A DNA stretch of 27,349 nucleotides from a virus (Duplodnaviria; Caudoviricetes): positions 1 through 27,349 of the IMG/VR virus record IMGVR_UViG_3300033417_000044; one strand, given 5' to 3'. The first letter of the stretch is position 1. Each line of letters starts with the position of its first letter. The translations under genes and the position numbers were made by a program. The notes under the pieces were generated by a model, which saw only the letters and a program-made list of their open reading frames with translations, was not told the DNA's origin and did not search any database. This document shows positions 1 to 7,446 of this stretch, one piece after another.

Positions 1-28
1 CGCTTCCATGCCCGAAAATGGCTAAGCC

Positions 29-60
29 TTGACACCACCGATCCAGATGTGCCAGAGAAT
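29..60 (+). promoter_or_regulatory. Possible promoter for terS, possibly leaderless
   Basis: TTGACA at 29-34 and GAGAAT at 55-60, 5 nt before ATG 66. No Shine-Dalgarno. The 20-nt spacer is non-canonical. Confidence 0.3.
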
Positions 61-65
61 CCCCC

Positions 66-758
66 ATGCTGAGCGCTAAGCGTGCCCGTTTCGTTGCCGA
101 GTACCTCGTGGACAGCAACGCTACCCAGGCCGCGATCAGGGCCGGGTACTCACCCACCTCGGCGATGGTGACAGGCTGTCGGGTGCTAAAGGACGCTAAG
201 GTCCAGGCAGAAATAGCAGCGCGACAGCTAAGCCTCATTAAAAAACTCGAGATCACGCAACGGCGCGTGGTCGAAGAGCTCGCCCTGATCGGCTTCGCGA
301 ACATGGGCGACTACATGCGGGCAACCCAGAATGGCGACCCGTACCTCGCCTTCGCCGAGCTGACCCGCGAGCAGAAGGCCGCGCTTGCCGAGGTCACGGT
401 CGAGGATTTCGTTGACGGCCGCGGCGAGGAGGCCCGTGACGTGCGGCGCGTGAAGTTCAAGCTCTACGACAAGCGCGCCGCCCTGGTCGATCTAGGCCGC
501 CACCTCGGCATGTTCCCGACCAAGGGCGAGCAGAACGGCGCAGGCGGCCTGAACGTCGGTGTCCGCCTGATCGTGCAGATCGTCCGCGGTGAGGAATCTG
601 TGACCATCGATGCCACGCCGCCGGGACGGGGCGCCCAGGATGCCCCAGGACGCGCGGAGGCTACCCTTGTGGCAGCCAGGACCGGGCAAGATGCCGCCAC
701 GCATCAGCGGGCAGCACAGGCGGTCCTAGGGCCATCCGGCGACCAGGAAGGAGCCTGA
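66..758 (+). CDS. terS: Terminase small subunit
   Basis: N-terminal LSAKRARFVAEYLVDSNATQAAIRAGYS HTH motif typical of Terminase_2 small subunits, plus KFKLYDKRAALVDLGRHLGMF. Confidence 0.93.
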   Translation: MLSAKRARFVAEYLVDSNATQAAIRAGYSPTSAMVTGCRVLKDAKVQAEIAARQLSLIKKLEITQRRVVEELALIGFANMGDYMRATQNGDPYLAFAELTREQKAALAEVTVEDFVDGRGEEARDVRRVKFKLYDKRAALVDLGRHLGMFPTKGEQNGAGGLNVGVRLIVQIVRGEESVTIDATPPGRGAQDAPGRAEATLVAARTGQDAATHQRAAQAVLGPSGDQEGA

Positions 759-760
759 CG

Positions 761-1066
761 ATGCGCGCCCTCGTGATCCTTGCCGCCGTCCTGATGCTCG
801 GTGCCTGTGCCTCACGTCACGCCGCCCGCGAGCACGCCGCCTGCCTGTCCTACGGCCTGACGCCAGAGCTGGCCGGGTATGCCGACTGCCGGCTCGCGCT
901 GGCCCAGCAGCGCCAAGCCATGGGGCTCATGCTCATGGGGCAGGGGCTCGCTACCCTGTCGGCCGCCAACCGCCCGGTGTACCGTCCACCCGTGTTCCTG
1001 CCGCCGATGCGCCTGGACTGCACGTCGATCGCGCAGGGCGCCTTCGTGAACACGAGCTGCCGGTGA
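761..1066 (+). CDS. Small predicted lipoprotein
   Basis: MRALVILAAVLMLGA-C signal peptide with lipobox. GGAG RBS upstream. Confidence 0.7.
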   Translation: MRALVILAAVLMLGACASRHAAREHAACLSYGLTPELAGYADCRLALAQQRQAMGLMLMGQGLATLSAANRPVYRPPVFLPPMRLDCTSIAQGAFVNTSCR

Positions 1067-1070
1067 TGGT

Positions 1071-1466
1071 ATGATCTTAACCCGCCGCGCATTCTTCGTC
1101 GGCACATCGAAAGCGGTCGCGCTGGCGAGCCTGGTCGTCGGCACGCCGGCGCTGGTGCTGGCGGCCAGGCTATTGCCGACAGAGAGCCCGCCCGCGACGC
1201 CGCTCAAGCCATTCTGGCCGATCGGGGCGCTGGCTCGGCTTGATCGCAACGAGCAGGTCGTGATTGGCGAGCGCTACCTGCGAGCTGTGCCGCTCGGCTA
1301 TGCCGAACTCAAACCGTTGATGTCGCGTTATATGCTCCCGCCGGACATGCAAGACATTACCCCGGCGGTGGACTGGTCCGTCCCTGACATTGAGGCGCAT
1401 GCCCTACGCACGCTGATAGAGGCTGCCCGCGAGTACGAGTTTGCCCGCGCCGGATGGCGCCCATGA
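1071..1466 (+). CDS. Hypothetical protein with twin-arginine-like N-terminus
   Basis: TRRAFF followed by a hydrophobic stretch. Stop overlaps the next ATG (ATGA). Confidence 0.6.
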   Translation: MILTRRAFFVGTSKAVALASLVVGTPALVLAARLLPTESPPATPLKPFWPIGALARLDRNEQVVIGERYLRAVPLGYAELKPLMSRYMLPPDMQDITPAVDWSVPDIEAHALRTLIEAAREYEFARAGWRP

Positions 1467-1759
1467 AAGACCACCACCGCGCTTGCAAGACCTGCGCCTG
1501 CTTCGAGCCGCGCAACGCCGCTGACACGGGCGGGACGTGCCACCGGCACCCGCAACGGGAATACGTGGAGCGGGATTATTGGTGCATGGAGCACCGGCCG
1601 AAGGCTGATCCTCTGTTCGGGCGCGACGACGTAGAGCGCGCGCTTGAGCTGGACGATGCGGAGCGCCAAGCTGGCGGGATGTTCAGCCCCGTGACCTACA
1701 GGACCAGCGGCGACGAATGGCCAATTGCGATGCTGCGCCGGCTCACGCGGAGGCTGTGA
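1463..1759 (+). CDS. Small Cys4 protein (CxxC...GxCxRxP...WC), copy 1
   Basis: CKTCACF...GTCHRHP...YWCMEH. ATGA coupling at 1463. Confidence 0.7.
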   Translation: MKDHHRACKTCACFEPRNAADTGGTCHRHPQREYVERDYWCMEHRPKADPLFGRDDVERALELDDAERQAGGMFSPVTYRTSGDEWPIAMLRRLTRRL

Positions 1760-1965
1760 TGAAGCGCCGCGCCCACTGCCGGGTCTGCAACGACCACGGC
1801 TATCTGATCGTGCCGCAGCAGCCCGCGCCAGGGCGCCGGCGCCACGCTCGGATGGGCTGCCCGAACTGCGGTGTACCTGGGCCGGGGCTCGTGCGCCGCG
1901 GGCCGCCGCCAGTGGACGAGGAGCCGGGGCAGGGCGATGAATCTACCCTCCCTGTTCGAGAGTGA
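1759..1965 (+). CDS. Small zinc-ribbon protein
   Basis: CRVCNDHG...CPNC. TGATG coupling with GGAGG upstream. Confidence 0.6.
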   Translation: MKRRAHCRVCNDHGYLIVPQQPAPGRRRHARMGCPNCGVPGPGLVRRGPPPVDEEPGQGDESTLPVRE

Positions 1966-1971
1966 AACGTC

Positions 1972-2115
1972 GTGTTTGAGGTCTTCACGTTCACCATCGT
2001 TGCCGCCATCGTTGCCGCTGCCGCGCTGGTCGTGTTCCTGTCCATCAAGGCCGACCGCGCCATCACGGCCGACCACAACGAAGATGATGATCGAGAGGAC
2101 GACGAGCTGCAATGA
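1972..2115 (+). CDS. 47-aa single-TM protein with acidic tail (not in ORF track)
   Basis: GTG start, MFEVFTFTIVAAIVAAAALVVFLSIK...EDDDREDDELQ. Stop overlaps ATG 2112. Confidence 0.55.
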   Translation: MFEVFTFTIVAAIVAAAALVVFLSIKADRAITADHNEDDDREDDELQ

Positions 2116-2486
2116 CTGAAGGCAACTACTTCCTCACACTGCCCGGCCGCGCCGAACCGCTGCACATCGGGAAGTCCTCTGCCGGCTGGCGCTTCAAGCT
2201 GCACGTCGAGCCAGGACGCGGCATTGAGGGACTGGCCGACTGGGAAGCGCTCTGGCGCCAGCGAGGTGCGGCTATATCGCACGCCGGCGGCGCTGCACTC
2301 CTGGCCGAGGACATGCGCCGGATCATCGCCGAGCGGCGCCACGGCGGCCGGGAGTGGACGCGCGAGCGGCTGGCGATGCACGGTGGCGAGCCCGGGCCGA
2401 ACGGGCTGGCGCGCCACCGGGTCGGCGGCCAGTGTGTCGGGCACGGAGATGGGACGTTTGATTTGTTCGAGGGGTTTTTCCGATGA
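2112..2486 (+). CDS. Phage hypothetical protein (HIGKSSxGW motif)
   Basis: LHIGKSSAGWRF motif recalled from phage hypothetical proteins. Coupled on both sides. Confidence 0.7.
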   Translation: MTEGNYFLTLPGRAEPLHIGKSSAGWRFKLHVEPGRGIEGLADWEALWRQRGAAISHAGGAALLAEDMRRIIAERRHGGREWTRERLAMHGGEPGPNGLARHRVGGQCVGHGDGTFDLFEGFFR

Positions 2487-2800
2487 AAGAGGTTGACGAG
2501 GTTGAGGCTGTAGAGGCCGCGCTAAGGAAAGTATTGGAGGCATGGGCTGCTGGGTCGGTCAATGCGGAGCATGTTGCGGCTGTTGCTGTGCATGCGGCGC
2601 ATACAGCGCGGCTCAAGGAAGCGGTAGGTCAGATAGGCGCCGAATCCACGCCCAAAGAGCCAGCGATCGTTCCGTCCCCCTGCTGGCTGTGCAGCGGCGC
2701 AAAATTCGTACCGCACGATAGGCTCAACATGCCCCGGCCTCAAATTCGTTACGGCATGATCGCGTGTCCCGAGTGTAAGGGGACGGGAGTCGTGCAATGA
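2483..2800 (+). CDS. Hypothetical protein with C-terminal CxxCxG zinc finger
   Basis: CWLCSG...CPECKGTG. ATGA coupling. Confidence 0.65.
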   Translation: MKEVDEVEAVEAALRKVLEAWAAGSVNAEHVAAVAVHAAHTARLKEAVGQIGAESTPKEPAIVPSPCWLCSGAKFVPHDRLNMPRPQIRYGMIACPECKGTGVVQ

Positions 2801-2910
2801 CGGAATACCACAAGATTCAGACCGTGTGGAAACGTGATCCGGCGACCTCTTGCAAGACGCTTCTGCCATCCGAGTGAGCCTTGCCTGAGTTCGCGTATCT
2901 CGCCGGCGAG
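2797..2910 (+). pseudogene. N-terminal remnant of a phage RNA ligase-family gene
   Basis: MTEYHKIQTVWKRDPATSCKTLLPSE*ALPEFAYLA resembles the N-terminus of phage RNA ligases. In-frame TGA at 2875-2877. No catalytic KxDG motif follows. Confidence 0.6.
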
Positions 2911-2949
2911 GAAGAATCATCACGAAGGTCAAGCATAAGGATTTCGTAC

Positions 2950-3153
2950 ATGACGCCGGCTGAGACATGCACAATCTGCGGGTTCTTCAAGCCCATGGGC
3001 AATTCCTCGGTTGGGCTATGCCGGCGCTATCCTGGCGGAGTGAAGATGGACCGCGAAGGCTGGTGCGGGGAGTGGACGCCGGCGGCTGTCATCGCGAAGC
3101 CGCTGGACGAGCTGCGCGAGCCTGACGACGCCGCGCGAACGTCCGGGTTGTAG
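2950..3153 (+). CDS. Small Cys4 protein, copy 2 (HiPIP-like spacing)
   Basis: CTICGFF...GLCRRYPGGVKMDREGWCGEW. AAGGA upstream of ATG 2950. Confidence 0.7.
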   Translation: MTPAETCTICGFFKPMGNSSVGLCRRYPGGVKMDREGWCGEWTPAAVIAKPLDELREPDDAARTSGL

Positions 3154-3173
3154 CAGGCGACAGGAGAACCAAG

Positions 3174-3647
3174 ATGCCGACAAAGCGCGAGATTGAGGCG
3201 GCCTTAGAAGAGTTTGGACGGTACTATCCGACAACGTCGCTTCCAAATTGGCCAGAGGTTATGAGGTTTGCTTTGATCGCCGCCGAGCGCGCGCGAGAGG
3301 AAAATGGCAAACCTCTCGCCATACCAGTTGTTAAGGTCGAGCCATGGCCAGAGAAATGCGACAAGTGCGGGAACGAGGATTTGACAGTCCGAGTACATCC
3401 ATTTGCGCTTGTCGGGACGAGGGGCCGCATTTGTGCTCTGCGGCTGGAAGCTACAGAGGCTATTTGCCAATCATGCGGTAGGACGCTTCGGGACCAGCCG
3501 CGCGATGATAAGCTCGACCGAGCTGCGCAGGCCGTCTGGGCTGTTGGCCAGCACTTGGTAGAATGGGGACATCTCCCAAGGGACACCCGCGAGGATTGTC
3601 TCACTGTCGCCCGTGCCGTGCTCAAGGTCTACGGGATCGAAGCGTAG
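3174..3647 (+). CDS. Hypothetical zinc-ribbon protein
   Basis: AGGAG RBS. CDKCG...CQSCG. Confidence 0.7.
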   Translation: MPTKREIEAALEEFGRYYPTTSLPNWPEVMRFALIAAERAREENGKPLAIPVVKVEPWPEKCDKCGNEDLTVRVHPFALVGTRGRICALRLEATEAICQSCGRTLRDQPRDDKLDRAAQAVWAVGQHLVEWGHLPRDTREDCLTVARAVLKVYGIEA

Positions 3648-3651
3648 CGTC

Positions 3652-3735
3652 ATGTGGGACCGGATTGACGCACTGGTCGGCTACACGGCGCTGGCGGTGC
3701 TGCTCACGGCTGGCGTGCTCGGAGAGTGGTGGTGA
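3652..3735 (+). CDS. 27-aa single-TM peptide (not in ORF track)
   Basis: MWDRIDALVGYTALAVLLTAGVLGEWW fills the gap between neighbouring genes. Confidence 0.4.
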   Translation: MWDRIDALVGYTALAVLLTAGVLGEWW

Positions 3736-4172
3736 AGGGCCGGCTGGTCATCGAGGCGGGCGCGGACGAGATGCTGGGCGATGCGCTGCTCGGGCTGGTC
3801 GAGACGCAAATCAAGGCGGCGGCGGAGGCCGACCAATTCGACCGCATCGAAGGGTTGCTCGCATGGCGGCGTGGGCTTAGCGCATGGCTGGACGGCGCAG
3901 CGGTTGCCGAGCTATCGAATCTGACAACCCACGAGCCGCCCGATCCGCTGGAGCCTGCGGCGCCGCCGAAGCCGAGCACCGTGCGCCGCATGACGATGGT
4001 TTCGGCTGCGGCGTGGTACCGGGCACGGGAGGGCCGCGGCGTCACGGGCCTCGCCGATGGCAACTGGCAGATCGAGGGGCGCGAGGAGCCCTGCACCCAA
4101 GCCGTCTTGGTCAGCGAGATCAAGAAGGCGTGGGGGCGGTCGCACGACTACGACCTGGTGGTGGAGGGGTAG
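3726..4172 (+). CDS. Hypothetical protein
   Basis: 148-aa ORF with GC-rich third codon positions. GTG start, exact position uncertain. Confidence 0.65.
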   Translation: MVVKGRLVIEAGADEMLGDALLGLVETQIKAAAEADQFDRIEGLLAWRRGLSAWLDGAAVAELSNLTTHEPPDPLEPAAPPKPSTVRRMTMVSAAAWYRAREGRGVTGLADGNWQIEGREEPCTQAVLVSEIKKAWGRSHDYDLVVEG

Positions 4173-4535
4173 AAGGTGATGAGGAAAATTCTGGTCCTGG
4201 TGGTTTTCCCGGTTAGTGCGCTCGTGTTTGGGGTTGTAGGTACGCGGCTTTATGATCGGGATCATATGGAGTTTTTGAGAGACCAGCTCAGAACAGCCTA
4301 TCAAACAGTCGGCACCAACACGGTCGAGGAGTTATACACGCAAGTTACGGATGATCCGCCATTATACGTTAGAATTAAGCATACAGACGGATACGAAGGC
4401 CGCGTGGTGGTTGAGTTGCATTATCCGCGTGGGGAAGTTTTGCATCGAGCAACGTTATATTGGAATGGCGAACAGTGGAGGCGGTTGTGATAAATGACGG
4501 ACGGTAAGGAGCACGACTTGGTGGTGGATGGGTAG
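4150..4535 (+). repeat. 23-bp imperfect direct repeat (4150-4172 and 4513-4535)
   Basis: acgacctggtggtggaggggtag vs acgacttggtggtggatgggtag, 21/23 identical, flanking ORF 4176-4490. Confidence 0.75.
4176..4490 (+). CDS. Membrane-anchored or secreted moron-like protein
   Basis: N-terminal hydrophobic helix. Visibly more AT-rich than its neighbours. Confidence 0.65.
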   Translation: MMRKILVLVVFPVSALVFGVVGTRLYDRDHMEFLRDQLRTAYQTVGTNTVEELYTQVTDDPPLYVRIKHTDGYEGRVVVELHYPRGEVLHRATLYWNGEQWRRL

Positions 4536-4536
4536 G

Positions 4537-4650
4537 ATGACATTTCCTTGGCTACTACTTATCGTCCTCATATTGTTCACGATAAGCGTTCCGCTGACGC
4601 TGCTCGTCCTAACAAATTGGTTGGCGCGGCGCCACCGCTCTTGGCAATGA
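4537..4650 (+). CDS. 37-aa single-TM protein (not in ORF track)
   Basis: MTFPWLLLIVLILFTISVPLTLLVLTNWLARRHRSWQ. Stop overlaps ATG 4647. Confidence 0.5.
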   Translation: MTFPWLLLIVLILFTISVPLTLLVLTNWLARRHRSWQ

Positions 4651-4847
4651 CGAACATGGAAGAGCACGACTTATTCAATGCCTGCTTCGATGGCTGCCGC
4701 ACGCCAGCGGATTTTGCACGAGCTGCCGAGCGTTTTGAGGCCGAGCTGAGAGCCATTGGGTGGCTTACCTCGGAAGACTCGATGACTTTACGGATAGGAC
4801 CGAAGGTTGCGGAGATTATCCGGCGCGTGATCGCGGAGCGTCAATGA
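4647..4847 (+). CDS. Hypothetical protein
   Basis: ATGA-coupled at both ends. Confidence 0.5.
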   Translation: MTNMEEHDLFNACFDGCRTPADFARAAERFEAELRAIGWLTSEDSMTLRIGPKVAEIIRRVIAERQ

Positions 4848-5032
4848 ACGCCTGGGTGCTTCTGGCTGCCAATCTGTTGGCACTGGCGAGCGCTTCGCTG
4901 GCGCTGGCACTGGCGGGCTTGGTCGGCTGGTGGGCACCGCTGACGGTCGCGGCGGCAATCGTGGCCACGCTCTGGCGTTTTCGTGTCGCACTGGAAAGTG
5001 AGTTGGAGCAGTTGAGAGATGCAGGTGACTGA
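4844..5032 (+). CDS. Small two-TM membrane protein
   Basis: MNAWVLLAANLLAL...GWWAPLTVAAAIVATLW. ATGA coupling. Confidence 0.6.
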   Translation: MNAWVLLAANLLALASASLALALAGLVGWWAPLTVAAAIVATLWRFRVALESELEQLRDAGD

Positions 5033-5204
5033 GGAACAGGCGGCGTTGTTTGCTTGGCTACTGCTTATCGCCATCGTGCTGCTCCTGTCAAGCCTCCCGC
5101 TGGTGCTGGTTGGCGTGGCAGGTTGGTGGGTGCTGCCCACAGTCGCGATAGCCATGCTGGCTGCGATGTGGGGGCTCTGTCTCGATCTGGTAAAAGGCTG
5201 GTGA
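5019..5204 (+). CDS. Small two-TM membrane protein, paralog of 4844-5032
   Basis: FAWLLLIAIV...GWWVLPTVAIAMLAAMW. Confidence 0.6.
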   Translation: MQVTEEQAALFAWLLLIAIVLLLSSLPLVLVGVAGWWVLPTVAIAMLAAMWGLCLDLVKGW

Positions 5205-5205
5205 A

Positions 5206-5601
5206 ATGCCGACGGAACGCGAGATCGATGCGGTCATGCGCAAGCTGCCGGCATTTAACCGCCGGCTGCATGCGATCCGTATCCTGGAAACTGCTGAGCG
5301 CGCCCGTGACGCAAATGATCACGCTGGCTTAACTGAGCTGGTCATGAAGGCGCTGCGGGCTGCGGCGAACCCGTACTCTACGACGGCCGGTGAGCGCCTT
5401 GCGCTGGCGGGCGCGGCGTTGCGCGACATAGAGCGGCAGGCTGGCGCGGCATTAACGCCCACGCCCGAGATGATCGAAGCGGGAGTCGAGGTTTTTGTGC
5501 GATATGATCCAGACGGCAATCTTCCTGACGAGGCAGTTGCCGAGATTTGGCACGTAATGTGCGAAGCGCGGGACGCAGCTCGTTCCAAGGACACGCGGTA
5601 A
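5206..5601 (+). CDS. Hypothetical protein
   Basis: N-terminus resembles that of ORF 3174. TPEMIEAG motif. TAATG coupling to terL. Confidence 0.65.
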   Translation: MPTEREIDAVMRKLPAFNRRLHAIRILETAERARDANDHAGLTELVMKALRAAANPYSTTAGERLALAGAALRDIERQAGAALTPTPEMIEAGVEVFVRYDPDGNLPDEAVAEIWHVMCEARDAARSKDTR

Positions 5602-6923
5602 TGCTTACCGACACGATCGTCAAGCTGCCGCACGAGTTCACGTACCGCCCGTACCAGGAGCCGTTGCGCAACTACATCCTCGACGGCGGCAAGCGGGCGT
5701 GCGCGGTCTGGCATCGCCGCGCGGGCAAGGACACGACGGCGATACGCCTCACGCTCGAAATGGCGATGCAGAGGCCGGCCAACTACTGGCACATGCTGCC
5801 GAACGCGAACCAAGCGAGGCGCGCGATCTGGAACGGCGTCAACCCGCACACCGGCAAGCCGATACTCGACGAGGTTTTCCCGGCGCCGGTGGTGGCAAGC
5901 CGCAACTCGGTGGACATGCGCATCAACCTGGCCAACGGCGCGATCTGGCAGCTTGTCGGGAGCGACAACTACAACAGCCTGCTCGGCTCGCCGCCCGCGG
6001 CGTTGGTGATGTCGGAATGGGCGGTTGCGAACCCACACGCATGGCCGATCCTTGAGCCGATCTTGCTGGAGAATAACGGCTGGGCGGTGTTCATCTACAC
6101 GCCGCGCGGACGCAACCATGGGTACAAGACGTACCAGACTGCGTTGAAGGAGTCTGATTGGTTCTGCCAGCGGCTCACGGTCGAGGACACCGGCGTTATC
6201 GGCCTCGACATGATCAGGAAGCTCCGCCGCGAAGGCACGTCGGAGGCGTACATCCAGCAGGAATACTACGTCAGCTTCGATGCGCCGCTCGTCGGCTCGT
6301 ATTACGCCGACCTGCTGCTCGATGCCGAGAAAGAAGGCCGGATCAGCAACGTGCCGCACGACACCGCGCATCTGGTCAGCACGGCATGGGACATTGGCCA
6401 TGGCGACGCGACGGCGATCTGGTTCTACCAGGACATCGGCCATGCGCGCCATTGGATCGACTATTACGAGTCGGACGGCAAGAGCGTCGAGCACTACGCC
6501 GCCATGCTGCGGCGCAAGGCCGAGCAGTTGAGATACGAATACGGTTCGCACTGGGGACCATTCGATCTCGAAAACCACGACTGGGGGATCGTGGGGAGCA
6601 ACACGCGGAAGGCCGTGGCGAAGCAGCTCGGCATCGAGTTCAAGATCGTGCCAAAGGTCTCGGTCGAGGACGGCATCCAGGCGGTGCGCTCGCTGTTGCC
6701 GCGCTCGTGGTTCGATGCTACACGGTGCGAGCAGGGCTTGAACGCGCTAAAATCGTATCGGCGGGAAGAGGACGAGAGCAAGGCGCGGGACATGGACCAG
6801 CCGTTCTTCAAGCCGGTGCCGCTGCACAATTGGGCCTCTCACGGCGCCGACGCCGCGCGCTATGCGGCCGTTGCCGAGGAGGAGAAGCCCGGCCGGCTGC
6901 CTCCGATCGAGTACCCGGATTAG
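5601..6923 (+). CDS. terL: Terminase large subunit
   Basis: YQ adenine-binding motif, Walker A WHRRAGKD, Walker B LVMSE, coupling motif YTPRG, nuclease motifs AWDIGHGDATAIW and SHGADAARY. Start ATG 5601 overlaps the upstream TAA. Confidence 0.96.
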   Translation: MLTDTIVKLPHEFTYRPYQEPLRNYILDGGKRACAVWHRRAGKDTTAIRLTLEMAMQRPANYWHMLPNANQARRAIWNGVNPHTGKPILDEVFPAPVVASRNSVDMRINLANGAIWQLVGSDNYNSLLGSPPAALVMSEWAVANPHAWPILEPILLENNGWAVFIYTPRGRNHGYKTYQTALKESDWFCQRLTVEDTGVIGLDMIRKLRREGTSEAYIQQEYYVSFDAPLVGSYYADLLLDAEKEGRISNVPHDTAHLVSTAWDIGHGDATAIWFYQDIGHARHWIDYYESDGKSVEHYAAMLRRKAEQLRYEYGSHWGPFDLENHDWGIVGSNTRKAVAKQLGIEFKIVPKVSVEDGIQAVRSLLPRSWFDATRCEQGLNALKSYRREEDESKARDMDQPFFKPVPLHNWASHGADAARYAAVAEEEKPGRLPPIEYPD

Positions 6924-6934
6924 GGAGCGCGGCT

Positions 6935-7165
6935 GTGAGCTACGAAGGCTCCCATGAGTGCTGCGGGACGTGCAAGTTCTACGAGGCCGACGACCAAGTG
7001 GCGACCGGCCTCTGCGCGCGCTATCCGCCGACCCCGTTTATCCATGGGCCGAACCAGATCAGGTCGGTCTGGCCGCCGGTCAAGAGCACGTTCGGTTGCG
7101 GCGAGTGGCGGCAGCGGATATTCACGGCCAAGGACGTGCAGATGTCGGGGACTCACACCAACTGA
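6935..7165 (+). CDS. Small Cys4 protein, copy 3
   Basis: GGGAG RBS and GTG start. CGTCKFY...GLCARYPP...FGCGEW. Confidence 0.75.
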   Translation: MSYEGSHECCGTCKFYEADDQVATGLCARYPPTPFIHGPNQIRSVWPPVKSTFGCGEWRQRIFTAKDVQMSGTHTN

Positions 7166-7175
7166 GGAGACGAGC

Positions 7176-7439
7176 ATGAGGACCATCCCACACACGCATC
7201 CGCTCACGGTGGGCGAATTGCGTGACATCCTGACCGGGCTGCCGGGCGGGATGCTTGTTACCCGCGCCGAGGCGCTGGAGATCGACGACTACGGGTTCCG
7301 CATCGTGGTGCAGGCACCACCGCCGCACCCACAGGCCGAGCCCGATCCGGCGCCGCGTCGGAAGCACAAGGCCGATGCCGCTACGGCTGATGTGGTGGAG
7401 CCGGAGACAACGGCGCGCATCGAGGGCGGCGACGTATAG
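7176..7439 (+). CDS. Hypothetical protein
   Basis: GAGGAG RBS. LTVGELRDILTGLP motif. Confidence 0.7.
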   Translation: MRTIPHTHPLTVGELRDILTGLPGGMLVTRAEALEIDDYGFRIVVQAPPPHPQAEPDPAPRRKHKADAATADVVEPETTARIEGGDV

Positions 7440-7446
7440 GCGCCCC

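Noticed and set aside
5547-5600. Upstream TTG start for terL given by the ORF track
   Set aside because: ATG 5601 is coupled to the upstream TAA and has AAGGA upstream.
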